From the NCBI GenBank assembly GCA_964106915.2, contig OZ066925.1: a DNA stretch of 64,000 nucleotides; one strand, 5' to 3'. The position numbers and the translations under genes were made by a program. This stretch comes from Podarcis gaigeae. Lineage: Eukaryota. The notes beneath the pieces were generated by a model. It made no database searches and was not told the DNA's origin. It saw only the letters and a program-made list of their open reading frames with translations. Shown piece after piece: positions 19,925 to 34,900 of this stretch (position 1 is the first letter of the stretch; every line of letters begins with the position of its first letter).

Positions 19925-22900
19925 GTAAGTTTGGGTCTTGGTCTATTCCCTTCCGGAACAGGCTCTCGCTCCATCTCCACGATGATGCACCTGACTCTCT
20001 GGTGGCTGCGATCCTGTTTCGCACTTACCTGGCACCTAAGCATCTGTAAGATCGAGGCACCTCAGCCCTGAGGAGTTCAGTGGCCAGGATGCAGCTATGG
20101 CAGGGTCCATTTCACTCGATGGAATCTGCTCCTAGAAAGCTATTTGACAGAAGTAAAAACAAAAATGTGGGGACGTAGGAAGTGACCTTTAGTGGCTGGG
20201 TTGGGGAGGTTCTCTGGTTTGGGTGTAATCTTTAGATTTCCACCCAACTCTGGGTTTTGGAGTTTCCGCAGCAGGTAATTTGTGAGCAGTGAGGGGGAAT
20301 AACCATTTCATCCCTAATAGCGCTTATGAAAACTTCGGAGCCATGTTTAATATTGCCTCCAGACCATCTGCTTGCTGGTCAGGTGGCTGCAGCATTCTTC
20401 AGGTGTATCTGGCTCCACTGCCATAGGAACATAGGAAGCTGTCTTATACTGAGTCAGACCATTGATCCATCACTGTCTGTATTGTCTGCGCTGAATGGCA
20501 GTAGCTCTCCAGATTTTAGACAGGATTCTTTACCCAACTCTACATGGAGATGTCAGGGATAACACCTTTTGCATGCAAAGCATGTGCTGTAACACTGAGC
20601 TGTGCACTTTCCCTTACTTGAATGCAGTTTAATGTTCTTCATGTGTAACTATCCAAATACAGGTGCCAAATTAACATGCAAAATCAAATATGAGTGTATT
20701 ATTGCCGGTGGTTGCCCTTGTGAATGGTCATTATGCTTATTTCACAACTTATTTTAATTGAGTTGTCCCATACCATATTTTTTACACTCCTTTGTCACTT
20801 GACTCCACTGTTTGCAACTTTTTCTCTTTCTCCACCCATGTATATATAAACCTAACTGAAGATAATCCTTCACACATCTAATGAAGTAAACTCAAAAGTC
20901 CACAAAAGCTTATGCTGTGATAAAATTGGTTAGTTTTTAAGGTGTCGCATGACTCTTTGTTGCTTTAACAGATTCTTCTGACACTCCAGAGAGAATAATT
21001 GGGCAAAAGGGTCAATGCAAGCACCTCTTTGCTCCTGTAATAAATAGCACATGCTGAGAAGTAATCTTTCAGTGGAGAGGTACAGTTATTCTCTTGTTCT
21101 GCAGAGTGAAGCCTAACAAAGCAGCTGTAAACAGGGCAAGTGTGCTAGATTTTTCCATTATATGCATTTAGCCCATTGCTGAGCCAAAATCTCTGAGAGA
21201 TAAGGCGTGTGTATTCATTTTTTCTGCCCTTCCCTGAAATAATAATAAAAAATGATAATAACAATGGAGGAAGAGTTGCAATAAATGGCTGGGTGGAGTT
21301 CTGTAGAAACAATTGTTGCTGTTTAAGCTACATAAATAGAAAATATGTAGGTGGTATTTGTATTGGATTGGGGTTTTTTTTGTTAAGAAGAATGCATAAG
21401 CTTTCATGTTATACAGCATTTGGTTGTCAGGCAGGTCAGAGAGGCAAGTTAAATCTCAGCAATTCACAGACCAGGGTTGGTAATGCACACAAATATTTTA
21501 GACAGTGTGGCCTAATTACAAACAAATCCCTTAGTTCCTTTCCCTTCCTTAAGCACATCTTTAAAAACAATTTCTCTGACCTCCAGCCTACACATAAGCA
21601 CAAGTAACCCCATGTGATATCTCTCTTGTGGCTTTCAAGAGCAAGGCTGGGAAACTCTGTAAATTGTGCTGGACACCTGCATGACCCAAGTTACGTTTGT
21701 TAGTAGCTCTGCTTGCTAGCGCCAAGATAATCCTGCACCGCTCCCTGAAATGTTGTTTCATAATGCATTAATATGATACAGTACGGGGTCTCTGGACACA
21801 AGGGGACTCAAGTTGAGCAGCCGTGACAATCACTAGGTTGTATTGGACAAGTCATTGTCTTTTAGCTAGGTCTATTTCTTCGAGCGAGAAAATAAGAGAA
21901 GAACTGAAATGCATTCTGCACATTAGAAAGCCTGCGGAAATAAAGAACTACAGATAACCCAAACACCCAATCTAGAGCTCTCATACGCCCCACCACCACA
22001 AGTCTGGGATATGCATAGGCTTTATTTATCATGTTGGTGGAGAATCCTGATTTGCGCTGGTACAGGAATGCATGTGTGGATCTGGCAAAGAGACACTCTT
22101 GAAACAGAGAAGCTATTGCAGTCAGGGGAGTTCTTGCAAATGTGATGAGTTGTTCACATTGTCTTACTGCTTAGTAAAATGTAATTATCCTTCTTAAATC
22201 TTTGCTTCTGGTTTGCATGAGTAATCAAGAAGGGATCCATTTAGAGACTTATGTTTAACATGCAGATACATTTAGTTCAGTGTTAGAAACTTAGGTGTGA
22301 AAGCTAGGAGCTAAATGACACCTTAAACCTAGGTTATGGGTGCAACAACTGAATGTCGAGACATGCTTTTTTATAACAAGAATATAAAGCTGAAAATGAA
22401 TGAACTGCAGCTTAAATATTATGTTCATTTCCCCCATGGTCTAGTCCTTCCCCTGCCCACCCCCCTAATATTCTTAAGAGGGTCTCTTCTCCAGTCTTCA
22501 GAGAGTAGCTGGAAGTGGGGAGTAAGAAAAAGGTCCTCCTTTCCTTCCACTCTGCAGTTTTAATCTGAAATTTTAGGCAAGGTACTGCGCCCAGAGCTCA
22601 GAAACTTCTTGCACTAATGAAATTCCGTTGCAAAATGTGCTGAGAACAATGGAGGTTTTAAACACTGATTTAATTCTTGGCCTATGTGCTCTAACTTGCA
22701 CCTCCCAAGTCTTGGGCAGGGCTGGTGGAGAGAAAGAGAGAGAGAACTCTGTTGGGTCAGTTTAAGCTTGAGATTACATATTATGGGTAAGAGACTTTAG
22801 ATGTAAATTCCCTGGATTAGTGCAAAGATACCATCAAATATTTGGGTCTTCTGATCTGTCTGATGCTATCTGATCCTAATGACACTTGAAGCATGATGCC

Positions 22901-25900
22901 CCAGACAAGCTTAACTTCTGGGATCTGTATCCTCCAATCCCAATAATACAACTCCTTGGATATAATAGTTTAGAAATCTTACATAAGACCCTATGCAGGA
23001 GCTATTTTTTCAGTTAAGTATTATCCCAAATGCCATGATTATGGCAATGGAGAACAAGATGTGGATTATCATCAGCTTCCAGATGAGATTAGTTAATATA
23101 CAGATGACAATACACAAGGTCTTCAATAAACAAAGAGTTTATTTCACAAAATTAAACCTTCACTGTTTTTATTACTAGAGGTGATAACTGATGGTAGTCA
23201 GTTCCTAATACAGTTCAGGCAAGCTCCCTTGCCTCTTAAGTCATAGCTAAAAGAATACCTATATTCCAGAGCTGTGTAACGGAAGTCAGATGTTTAAATA
23301 GTAAAATGGAGATTGAATGCTGATGTAATACGTTTTAAAGTTACTACTACAGTGGTACCTTGGGTTACATACACTTCAGGTTACAGACTCTGCTAACCCA
23401 GAAATAGTACCTCGGGTTAAGAACTTTGCTTCAGGATGAGAACAGAAATCATGCTCCGGTGGCGCAGCGGCAGCAGGAGGCCCCATTAGCTAAAGCGGTG
23501 CTTCAGGTTAAGAACAGTCTCAGGTTAAGAACGGACCTCCAGAACGAATTAAGTACTTAACCCGAGGTACCACTGTACTGCATTGTCACATCATGTGTGC
23601 TGTTTTAAATACACACTGAAAAGCTAAGTCAACTAATAGCATAAATTAAGCACACTTAAGGACTTCATGGTCTCCATGACAACTATGGAACTCTCCAATG
23701 GTCATCAGTCCAACACAGTGATCAGACCATACCCTTAAACTAAGCTTTTTCTTGAGGGATGTAGCAAAGGTGAATTGTGCACGAACAATTCACTCATTTA
23801 TCATGGTCTGAACATTAGCTGGTGAAGTTTGGTTTGGTGGCACCAATTATCCTCTGTAAGAGTAGAGCACCGGTTATGCCCACGTGCATAAATTGATGGA
23901 TTCCTGAATGCTCTGGGGGATTTTCCAGCAGAAAAAAGCTGATGATCCTGGCAAAGTCCTGGACATGCTATGGAATGGTGAGATATGATAGGTGGTTGAC
24001 ATGATTGCTCTTGCAGAGCTCAGAGGCTCATAGGTATTCTGGAGAGCATTGGGCAGGCTGTACAAAGACTGCAAGTGGCACAAATCTTACTCCAAAGTTG
24101 ACCAAACACAAGTTAGTACACATCATGCCTACCATGTGGCAGTGTGGGTGGTGGAGAGAGCTCGTTTAGCAGCCTGCACTGAATCCTTTAGTGGTCAAGT
24201 GGAGTTGTTTTGGGTGGTCCAGAGGTTGCTGAATCTCATTTTAGGGGAAGAATCTCTGGAATCTTTAAGAACTAGATGACCCTTCCAATTCTACAGTTCT
24301 ATGATTCTGTGACACACTGGTTGATTTTTTTTGAGGATGAAGTTGCTCAGCTCCAGAGTGACCGTTGCACAGCTGCTGTAGCTGTTCCAGTTGAAGTGTC
24401 ACATGTTGTGGGATCAGTTTCGGTTGATTCAGCCTGATGATGTGGACAAGGTGCTTGTGGCCTTAAGTTCAACTGTGGGTCCTCTTCACTCATCTCTCTT
24501 GGCTTGTTATACCCAGAAGAGGAGGAGTAGACTGGTTGTGGAGGGAGGTGTTCCTGACATCTTGAAAGAGGCAGTAGTATAGCTACCCCAAAAGAAACTG
24601 GTCCTAGACCTAATGGTTTGGACAGCTGACCAGTTGCAGGAAGAAGACCCTATCAGCATATTACCACCATGCTCAGAGACTTGCACTGGCTGTTCATTTG
24701 CTGGCAGGCCAAAATCAATGCAATACTATTAGTATATGAAGCACTCTACAGCTTAGGACCCATTTATGGTACTTCTAAGATTGCCCTACCACATATTTGC
24801 CCATTTGACTGCTTCAATATATGGAACAGGTACGTTTACAAGTGTTGCATAATGTTTGTTACACAGTTGCAATGAATCAAGCCTCCAGCATGGCAGCATC
24901 TAGCTGTAACTTGATCACCTGAACGAGCAACATTTTAAAGAAAGTTTTGTGTTTCAAGAAGTCCGGCAGAGAGTCTACCTTTGTTTCCTCTCTGCTGCAT
25001 CATATGTTGTTATACCCTCAGCTCTCGAGATAACTGGCCTGTATATTGTTCTCCAGTATATAGATAAAGGAAACACAATGATCTGCCTGCAGAACCTACT
25101 TCTTTTCACAGTATGATGATAGTAGGCCATTTGTCACAGTAAACAGAAAATGATGGTCCTTCAAGCTCATTAATTGTTATTTCTGTGCCAGTGTCCATAA
25201 TGTTAATGAAAAGCTGTGAAAGAAAATAGGCAAAATGTATATATTTTAACCAATTATTTCAATTTTTGTTGTCCACTTATTTTAAGTGAAGGCAGAATGT
25301 GAGGTTTAATAAGAGCAAATACAACATTAAAAAAGCAGTATTAAAAGTTCCAAGTCCCAAAGTATCTTCAGAACGCTGATTTTTTAAAAAAGACAAGTTT
25401 TACTTCCCAGTGACAAAGGATCTCTTGTTCTGTGACTTTAACTAAAGGGTAATTGTAGCGTAGCTCAGCCAACAGAAACAAGTACCTGATGCTGGAATGA
25501 GAACATTGGACAATAAAACTTGCCAAAACCACTCCAACACAATAATTTGGCTTTATTCTTTAAAGGAAAAAAAGTAATGAAGAAGTTATCAAATGAAATG
25601 TTTAATAGAAAACGCAATTATGCCCACACTGCTTTAATCAGTGCTGTGATTCTAGTAACTGTTAAGAGATAGGGGTTTACATGTAACAATGATCAAGCTG
25701 AAGTCCAACAATTAGCTATTTCTGGCATATGACTTAATAATTATCTAATGTTGAGCTGCACTGGACACCGTTTGACAGCTTCAGCGATTCTATTCCTAGT
25801 AACTTTTTTGGTAGGTCTTTAGAGCAGAAGTAATCAGTGTAGTGCCTGCCAGATGTTTGATTATTACAGCTTCCAGCATCTTTGACCCTTGGTTCTGCTG

Positions 25901-28900
25901 CCTGAGGCTCAGGAAAGCGAGCACTGGGGCAGGTTCTCCTCCTCTGGCCAGTAGTTTGGACCACACTTTCTCTCCCCTTTACTGCAATGTTATTTGTGGG
26001 GATCAGGGATGCAGGCTCCCAGTAGCCGTAGGGCACCTGACTGATGGCAAAGGCCAGGGGGCACCTCTCTTCAGTTTTGTGGTCCCAGATGTAACTGGCA
26101 GTAACATTAGCATGTTGGGGGGGGTTGCAGGGCGGGGAGAAAGAAGCTCCTTCCATGATGGATGCAGCCAATTTAGTCTCTCCTTGCCATCACAGAGTTA
26201 TTTATTTATTTACTTTACATATTTATAAACTCCTTCACACCTAGATGCTGTCAAAACAGTAAACACAGGAGGCAACTCCTAGGGGCTGAGTTCCCTTTGG
26301 CCCCCTCAATAAAATATTTGAGAGGGCCCAGCCCCCCCCCCAATAAAGTTAACGGGCATTGCTAGCCATATGGTGTGTGTGTGTGTGTGTGTGTGTGCCA
26401 CATCATGTGATCAGTTATGTAGGCAGGGATTCACCTGCCACCCCCCCAATATTTTATTCAAGTTGGCACCCCTGGCAGTTAAGATACACTTTGATAAAAT
26501 ACAAAATTGTAAAACCATTTCTAAAAGCAATAAAACCCTTTCTACAATTAGGGTTAGTATTCCACAACTTGACTGGGCACAATTAAGGGGAAGCCTTCTT
26601 AAACAGGAACATCTCCAATAGCCACCTAAATATCATGACATTAGCTGACTAATTTCAGCTGATAATTGATTCCAGAGGGCTGCAGAAGCAACACTAAAAG
26701 CTCAGCTTCTAGTACAAACATCCATGCAGTATTTTAAGCAGTACCCCATCCCAGGATAACAACTGTCAGGCAGGGATTTATGAAGCAAGATGGTCCCTCA
26801 AGTAATTTTTAAGCAGTGCTGTTTTTCTAGAAAAAGAGGTGCTGGAACTCACAGTGAACACCTCCCTCATTCTCTTAGAATGATAATGGCACGCACCTGA
26901 GAGGTGCTATAACTGAGTTCTGGCTGGAAAAAAAAAGCCCTGGTTTCAAGTGGTAAAGCAAAATTCTGAACTAGGCCCAGAGCATATTGGCAGTGAATGC
27001 TGCATTCTCAGCAGAGGTATTGTATGGCGTCAGGATGCTCCCATCAGCCGCCTAGCTGCTGCATCCTGCGCCAGCTGGGTTAAGTTCAAGGGAAGTCCCA
27101 CATAAGAGCATGTGGCAGTAATCCAGTCTTGAGGTTGCTCAAGACCACAGTGGTCAACTCGTCTCAGTCCAGGAACATCTGTAGCTGCCTCACCAACCTC
27201 ACCAAAGCACTCTTTGCCACCAAGGCCATGTGTGACTTCAAGTGAGTCGGTAGGTACCCATTTCTTCGGAGGGAGTGCAATCCCATCCAGAACAAGTAAC
27301 TGACCTCTCTCAAAGGCCTGAGTTTTTCCAAGGTTTAAACCCAGTTCATTGGCCCTGGGAAGAAAATGGTACAGCCTCCTAGTGGCCCTTTGTCAGCTGG
27401 CCAATGACAGAGGCCACACGTTGGACATGCAGTCCTTGATGAGAAGTCCTAATATTTTTCTTAGAGGGATGTTATCTGATTTGAACTGTTTTTGCTAAAA
27501 TGTTTCCTGAAGAAGAATTGGAATGTTAGGAATGTCTATCCAGGTGAGTCCAAACAATGAAGCAGTGTAAAATCCTAAGTAAGCCTGTGAGCACAGTGAA
27601 ATAGACTAGCACAGACACCAAAATAACTAAAATTTATAGGCTAGCAAACAGGCAAAGGGAGACAAAGGCAAAGGCTTAATTATGATAGCGGTGCTGTATC
27701 CCAGATGAGTTCATGCAGGTGTCCATTTTAAATTTAGGAAATGAGACATGCGTATGACTTCAAGGGACTCAACTCTAGCAACACATACTCATACCACACT
27801 CTTGGAAAGCAGACCTACAGTGATTGAAATCAACACTGGGAAGGAATTTCTACTCCAGGCGGCTGGCTGTCCTGTTTGTTTTTTTAACGCAACCGTGAAT
27901 TTTATAAAATGCAGTTGTGAGTCACTTTGAGGGCTCCATTTGAATATAAACCTAGTGAACCTGCCAAATTTGGAACCAAAAACAAGAAAGCATTTGGCCA
28001 CAATTCTGTTCATAAGGTTAAAAAAGGTTTCCTTGTTACAGGTATGAGTTGGATATATCTAAATCTGTAATGTTAGATTTCTTTTTTGGATTCTGTATGA
28101 AACACAACACTATATCTGGTAGGCAAATGCAAATCTGTAGTCATAATACATAGTCACCAACTTGGATGGCTTTAAGAATTAGCAAAATTCAAGGAGAATT
28201 GGGCTACCAATTACTATTAGCCCTATGGCTGTGTTCTAGCTTCACTGCTATCTTGGTAACATTTCCAGAGATTATCATGTGCATTAACCTGTATGATGAA
28301 ACATTAACTTGTATCATTATGGCCGCAAAAGCTAATAGATGATTTATAGAATGGTGCTTCAGTTGCTTATGTGCATCCATAAATGTAAGCAACTTTCCCC
28401 CCTTACAAGTAGAAATGTGGATTTTTAAAACAATACTAGCGTTAGTTCATCTAACTGAAACAGAAACTTAAATTTCTGATTCTGAGAAAACTATCTTTGT
28501 TTTAGAATCTGAGTTAGGCAAATAATTAACACAGAAGTTAATGTTCAATTTTTGTTCAAAGTAACCAAGGAAACAAAAGCATACAGGTTCAGTTGAAGCT
28601 CTATGAAGCTCTATTACAGTTCACTTTTAAATCAGTCAGTCATAAGTGTGAACAAATTACTAGTGGTGAGTGAACGTAAAAATGGGATAGTTTGGGCACT
28701 GGGTTTTTGAATCCTGCTCCTTACATTTGTTTTAGATGGGTCAGTTTCAGAGCCACAGGGATTCCTCTTCCTCCAACTTCCTGGGAGAGGCTGTAGGCAG
28801 AACTTTTGGGAACTAGTATGGTAGTGGACCTAATGGTCAGGGGTCCCTTTACCTTTACCTTTTTATGGTAGGGCCTTGGGCATTGCATGTGTATATCTCA

Positions 28901-31900
28901 GTATTCAGAAACACCGGAAACTATGGGAAATGGAGTTCTTTCCTGGCTCTGCTCTGTTTGCACATGTGCACATAAGTACCTTGGGGCTCTTGTAAGACTT
29001 GCCAGGAACTCACAGAAAACCTTGCTTGCCGTTTGCCACATCTCAGTAAGCCTTAAATTTGAAATGAGAAAAGTACCAATTGACTAATGCAAATTTGACT
29101 CCTTTCTCCTCCCATGGGCTCGCACTAAGATTTGGTATCTGCTGGTAAATTGTACTCAATTATTTACTGAGCATTGGAGACAGGTGAATTTTAAGAGTTC
29201 TAATTATTTGAGTTGGGGCAGTAAAATGAGGGCTTAAAATGAAATATTTGATTTGAGCTTTCTGTGGCCTATAACCTAATTCTGTTCCAAATGCATTATG
29301 TTTGGTATTGTCCCAGAAATATTCTCTCTTTTATTCTAAAATACTTTAATTTCTTGCAATGTCAGGGTCATTAAGCCTTATTTAATGTAATTCTCTTAGA
29401 ATGCATAATATGATATACAGTTGGGTATGGTATAACTAACTACACATGTTTTATTATGTATATATGTCAGTGTAATTTTTTTTGAGCCAAAATATGGCCT
29501 GTCTTGTTTTATAATACCTTTTTGGCATGTTTCAGTTATTTAACTAAAGCCAGTAGAAGCCTGCCTCTTGACTTTTGGCATCATAACGGTTCAGTTTTGT
29601 CTGGGCTGTGTTGGTAAAATGGTAAGAAAAGTCTCTTTCCTATACTAAGCCAACTCATAAAAATATTTCTAGCTTTAGTTTTAGGGGTTTGTTTTTCTTT
29701 TTCTTTTTCTTTAGAAAAGATATAACTAATTTAGTAATGCCTTGGTTCTAATTTATTTTTAAAAAATAGACTGGCAGCTACATGAGAAATATTTCATGAA
29801 TGAATGCATGTCTGTAAATGTTACTTCTATAAGAAGTTATTGGAACAAATTATGAACCAAACAGATTCTGAACCCTGTTTTTAAAGAAATTATATAAGAC
29901 CAGATCATTTGTTTTAAACCTTATGTATCAAAAAATGTTAGTAAGAAAAAAACAAGACAAATGGACTTCCTACAGGGGGTGACATACTGAGCCGCTATAT
30001 TGGTGTCATTCCCCCCCACCCTTGTTATTGTTCTACTCTAGTGTGTGGTCATTTGCTAAAACTTGTTCTGTTGGTGGGTTAATGGAGTTGGGCAAAAACC
30101 ACTTGTGGCAGCTTCATGCAGAGATTTCTAGAGTTCTTTTGTTCTATGTTGCTGTTGTTTAGTCATTTAGTTGTGTCCGACTCTTCGTGACCCCATGGAC
30201 CAGAGCACGTCAGGCACTCCTGTCCTCCACCGCCTCCCACAGCTTGGTCAAACTCATGCTGGTAGCCTCGAGAACACTGTCCAACCATCTCGTCCTCTGT
30301 TGTCCCCTTCTCCTTGTGCCCTCAATCTTTCCCAACATCAGGGTCTTTTCCAGGGAGTCTTCTCTTCTCATGAGGTGGCCAAAGTATTGGAGCCTCAGCT
30401 TCAAGATCTGTCCTTCCAGTGAGTACTCAGGGCTGATTTCCTTAAGAATGGATCGGTTTGATCTTCTTGCAGTCCATGGGACTCTCAAGAGTCTCCTCCA
30501 GCACCATTGTTCTGTGTAGCCTACTGTAACATCAAGTCTTGCATGCATACAAAGGGGAGCCCAAGGCTTTATAGAGGAGGTGCCATGCTTTGCAAGCAAA
30601 AGGTAGCTACTTCAGGTTGAAGGACTCCTGAAGGTCATTGTAGACCAGATGTGGGGAACCCTTGCCCACCAGATGTTGCTGAACTACAATTCCCCCCATC
30701 CCTATCCCCTGGCCATGCTTGCTGGGGCTGACGGGAGTTGTAGTTCAGCAACATCTGGAGGGCCAAAGGTTCTCCACGTCTGTTGTGGACAATGATCAGG
30801 CAGATGGGTGTATGGCGAGACTTTGTATGAGGCAGCTACTTTACTTTACTTTACTTTACTTTACTTTTGCTACATCATCAGAACACATGGTTTTTGAGAA
30901 GCCACAGTTGTGTCTCCATGATGATATGGTGAAAACCTGTTGGGAACTGTTTTGCCTGCCCTGCTAGTTTTTTGTGTGTATGGAGGTGTGTGGTATTGTA
31001 TGTTGTTGATTTCTACAAATACCGTCATACTCTGTGAAGCGAAAACCCAGCAAGAACTGTGCCATGTATGTGACTTGGCTGTTCACACAGTTTAGCTACC
31101 AGTGTATGGTTTCCCTCCCAGCATTTTTCTGTTTTTGTTTCTTGGTAGATGTTACCAAATCGGTGTTTTGGAATAATGTTCTTGCTCTGGCTTGACCCAC
31201 ATACCCTCCCTAATCAGTTTAAATGTACTGCAGTTTACCTTTTCGCTTAAAGCAAAATAAACTTTGGGCCTACTCTTGCATCTAATGTTACTACACACAG
31301 AAAGAAACACACACATGCCTTTTTTAAAAAAAAATACCGTGAAGATAAACAGTTGTAGTTATTGAGGATCTTGTTTCAGTGCAAGACCTGGCATAATAGA
31401 TGGCTGTTCATCTTCTAGCTTTCAGTTCTCCCTCTCTAGCTTTATGGATGTGGAGACAGCAATGCTTTGTTGCTGCCATACTGAACACTCTCAAGAACTG
31501 ACAGAACAAAGAGCAACAGATTGCATTTCAAGGGCGCCTTTCCAAAACTCTATCAAACAGTTGAAAATAGTGAATGGCATGCTACACTTAAAAATAAAAT
31601 GTGACAAGAAATCAATCAGGAATAGAGTTATTTGAAATAATGGTACAGTGGTACCTCGGGTTACATACACTTCAGGTTACATACGCTTCAGGTTACAGAC
31701 TCTGCCAACCCAGAAATAGTGCTTCAGGTTAAGAACTTTGCTTCAAGATGAGAACAGAAATCGGGCTCTGGCAGCACGGCGGCAGCAGGAGGCCCCATTA
31801 GCTATAGTGGTGCTTCAGGTTAAGAACAGTTTCAGGTTAAGAACGGAACGAATTAAGAACTTAACCTGAGGTACCGCTGTAGTCCACAGTTGCCAGCAGC

Positions 31901-34900
31901 CAATTACTGTAGATTATTAATCTGAGAGGGATTGTTCCATATCTCACTAGAAATCCATTTCGGGCAGATGCCACACAAACAAAGATTTAATTTCTGCTCC
32001 TGTTGTAGACTTGTATTAACCACCTAAAAACAATGAACTGAGTGCTTGGCTATAGTAGCGCTCAGCGAGGTGCAGGGGTGCCAATTTGAATAAAATATGT
32101 GGGGGGACAGGTAAGCCCCACCCCACATAATTGATCACATGACATGGCACACCCACCCACCCATTTGAATAGCAGTGTCCATCAACTTTGGAGGCGGCCC
32201 CCTCAAATATTTTATTGTGGGGGACAAAGGGACCTCAGCCCCTAGGAGTTGGCTCCTATGGTGAAGATGCCTCAAGTGGGGCACCCTTGCTCTCACAGCT
32301 TCCCAGCACAGAGAGTTGCTGGCATTTACCAAGAAGGAGAGGGAAAGGGGCAAGATGCAGGGCATGTGCACACTGGCTCCATCATCATGTGCTGTGCCAC
32401 ACTTCTATTGCTTCGCCTCGTACCCCTCTGTCTCAGTAAGTGCCAGTGACCCGCTATGTTGGGAAGCCAGTAGTGTCTCATCGGCTGCTACTGCAAGTTG
32501 TCTGCATGTGCTAGAATTAATAGGAATGACATCGTCGGGGTCAGGAGCAGATGTCAGGGGCAGGTCAGCAATCACTCACCCAGCATCAGTGAAATTAACT
32601 CTGTATTCAAAGGAACAAGACAGCTCAGGAGGTCAGGCCTACTGATCACAACAGCTCTTCCCAGCAGATCTTGCCCCAATGAGGCAGTTATGAGGACTGC
32701 CTTCCTACAGTTCCCTATGTCTCCTCCTCTCCCAGGTCCTTCTCAAGCAATCTGAGACTTTGCCGCCTTGCCTGTCTTTGCTCTGCCCTCTTCATACCTC
32801 TTCTGGCTCTGGGAGACCGAGGGGCGAGGGGAGCTGGTTGCAGCAGGAAGGGGAGACCCCTTGGATTCTTCATCTCTGCCTCCACCCTCCGCTTCTGCCT
32901 GATTCTGGATTGCTCTCTGCTTCAGCATGTTACCACTCACTAAACTCTCTTACCTCTTCAGCTTCTGATGCCTCCTCCTCCCAGTCTGCTCCCTCTGACC
33001 ACTCATTGTTGGAACACCACCACTCCCTGGGCTCTGAGCCACCTTCCCTTGGGGGTTCCCCAGCTGCTGCCTCCCACCACTCCTTTGCATTCAGCCAGTC
33101 CATGACACTAATACTGGATCAGTTAGTAGTTGTGTTAGCCAATGGGGCCAGCAGCAGGGTTTTCTGGGCCTTGCAAAGTGTGCACTTCTCCCTGACCCCA
33201 ATTCCTTAGCTCAAAAGGGCCTGCTGTGATTTACTGAAGAGCAGAATCCTGAACTCCTAGTAGCAGCCCACTTTGATTTTCCACAAAGTACCCAGAACCT
33301 CATGTTTTATGCTTTCAAATCACATTTTTAACTTTAGACATTGTGCTCTGCTCCCACACATGTTTGCAAATCGCTGAATGGCCTTGTGTATATATATATA
33401 TATATCTTTTACAGCATACAACAGATGTGCCATCTCAAATGCAGTGACGTGTACCAACTGTCTTGCTGTGGGCCCAGAGTGTGCATGGTGTACTCAAGAG
33501 GTAAGCTCTCTTCTCCGTATTAGTCATCCTGGTACTTCTTTGTCTGCTTTAGCTGCTTCAATGCAAATGAAATAAGTCTTCAGCTTCTGTGCACATGAAA
33601 GGAGTCCCTAGTCAAAAGGGAAAATTCAACAATTGTTGGGGAAGTACAGTAGCTGTTAAAAACATGAACCTTCGTATTTTCATGAATAACAGGCCCATCG
33701 CATGAAAGCAGGAGAGGACCAAAATAAGAAGAGGGGGGAGCAGTTTATTCCTGTGTACATATTACTGTTTTTTACCTACGTCCATTAAGGCTATATTAAT
33801 GATGATAATTACAATAATGATTATTATTATTATTAACCTGCACAAAGCAGTAGTAGGCCAGGTCAGAAGGGAGCTATTTCTGGGGTTGCCAGAGCACACC
33901 TTCAACCCTCTACCTTTTCCTCTTTTCTTTACCTCTTTGTTTTCATCCGTCCTTCCATTCATTCTTTGCTTGCTGCTAAGGGGAAACAAACACATTAAGA
34001 ATGTGGGGTTCTTATTGGTTTAGCCCCCCCCCTCTAGCTGCTTGCTTGACCTCTGAGGGGGGGGAGCATGAAAAGAGGGTCTTTAAGAAGCAAAAACGAA
34101 GACTTTCCAGTTGATTTAATTATTCGTTTGTAAGAAAAATAATAGGGAGGCATAGAAAATTTAGGGGGCCATATATGATTTGCCATACACATGTTGGAGT
34201 CTCTATTGTGGAGAATGGTTTTGAAATACATTCAGCTTTAAAAGAAAAGGGTTGGTTGCAGAGTGACACTCTTGCATTGTTTTCTACGGCCTTCAACATG
34301 CACTTTCTAAGAGCTCCAGCATTCCTCCTCATAGAGACCATATGGATCAGCACAGCCAGTGTGGTGCCTTCCAAATCTTGTGAACTACTGCTACCATCAG
34401 CCATCGGCTGGGTTGTCTAAGACTGATGAGAGCTGTAGTCTGCAACATCTGGATAGCACAACATTTGGACAGCGTCCCATTGACAACCTCTGATGTGGAT
34501 GCATATTCAACAGGTCACCTGAGTTGATAATTGCTTCTTAAAACTTGTTTAATATTAGTTGGACATTACCAAATGCTTTAAAGAATGATGATTTGTGCCT
34601 GAGCAGACCGTATTTTAGTCAGAGTGTGTGGGTCTTGGGCATACACTTCTTAGGCCCTTAGAAACCTGTAGCTGTTTCATATATTGGCAGAGGGGGGGTG
34701 GCAACAACATCCCTACTGACATTGGAATAATATTTTTGTGGCCATGGCTATCAAACATCTTCCACTGCTCCTTCATTATCGTTATTATTTTATTCAATCT
34801 ATATCCCATCTTTCCAAAGGAGCCCAGGACAGCAAACACATCAATAATAACATATTTTTAAACAAACAAACAAACAAAGAACTGTGAATGTGCTTGCTGT

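Larger units (their letters stand above)
18850..20000 (+). promoter_or_regulatory. CpG island: ITGB8 promoter and 5' UTR, with GC boxes (~18970-19040)
   Basis: Very GC- and CpG-rich stretch around exon 1; GGGCGGGG/GGGGCGGAG/CCCCGCCC Sp-type boxes; no obvious TATA box. The TSS cannot be placed from sequence alone. Confidence 0.88.

Noticed and set aside
19623-19928. ATG 19623 as the ITGB8 start
   Set aside because: Out of frame with exon 2 and encodes no signal peptide; ATG 19792 gives the correct leader and phase.
18955-20043. 362-aa and 257-aa antisense ORFs and other long ORFs over the CpG island
   Set aside because: Stop-codon scarcity in very GC-rich DNA; low-complexity Ala/Arg/Gly/Pro translations with no recognisable domain.
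30150-30506. BovB as a new horizontal-transfer event
   Set aside because: BovB is already well known and abundant in squamates; a short 3' fragment adds nothing new.
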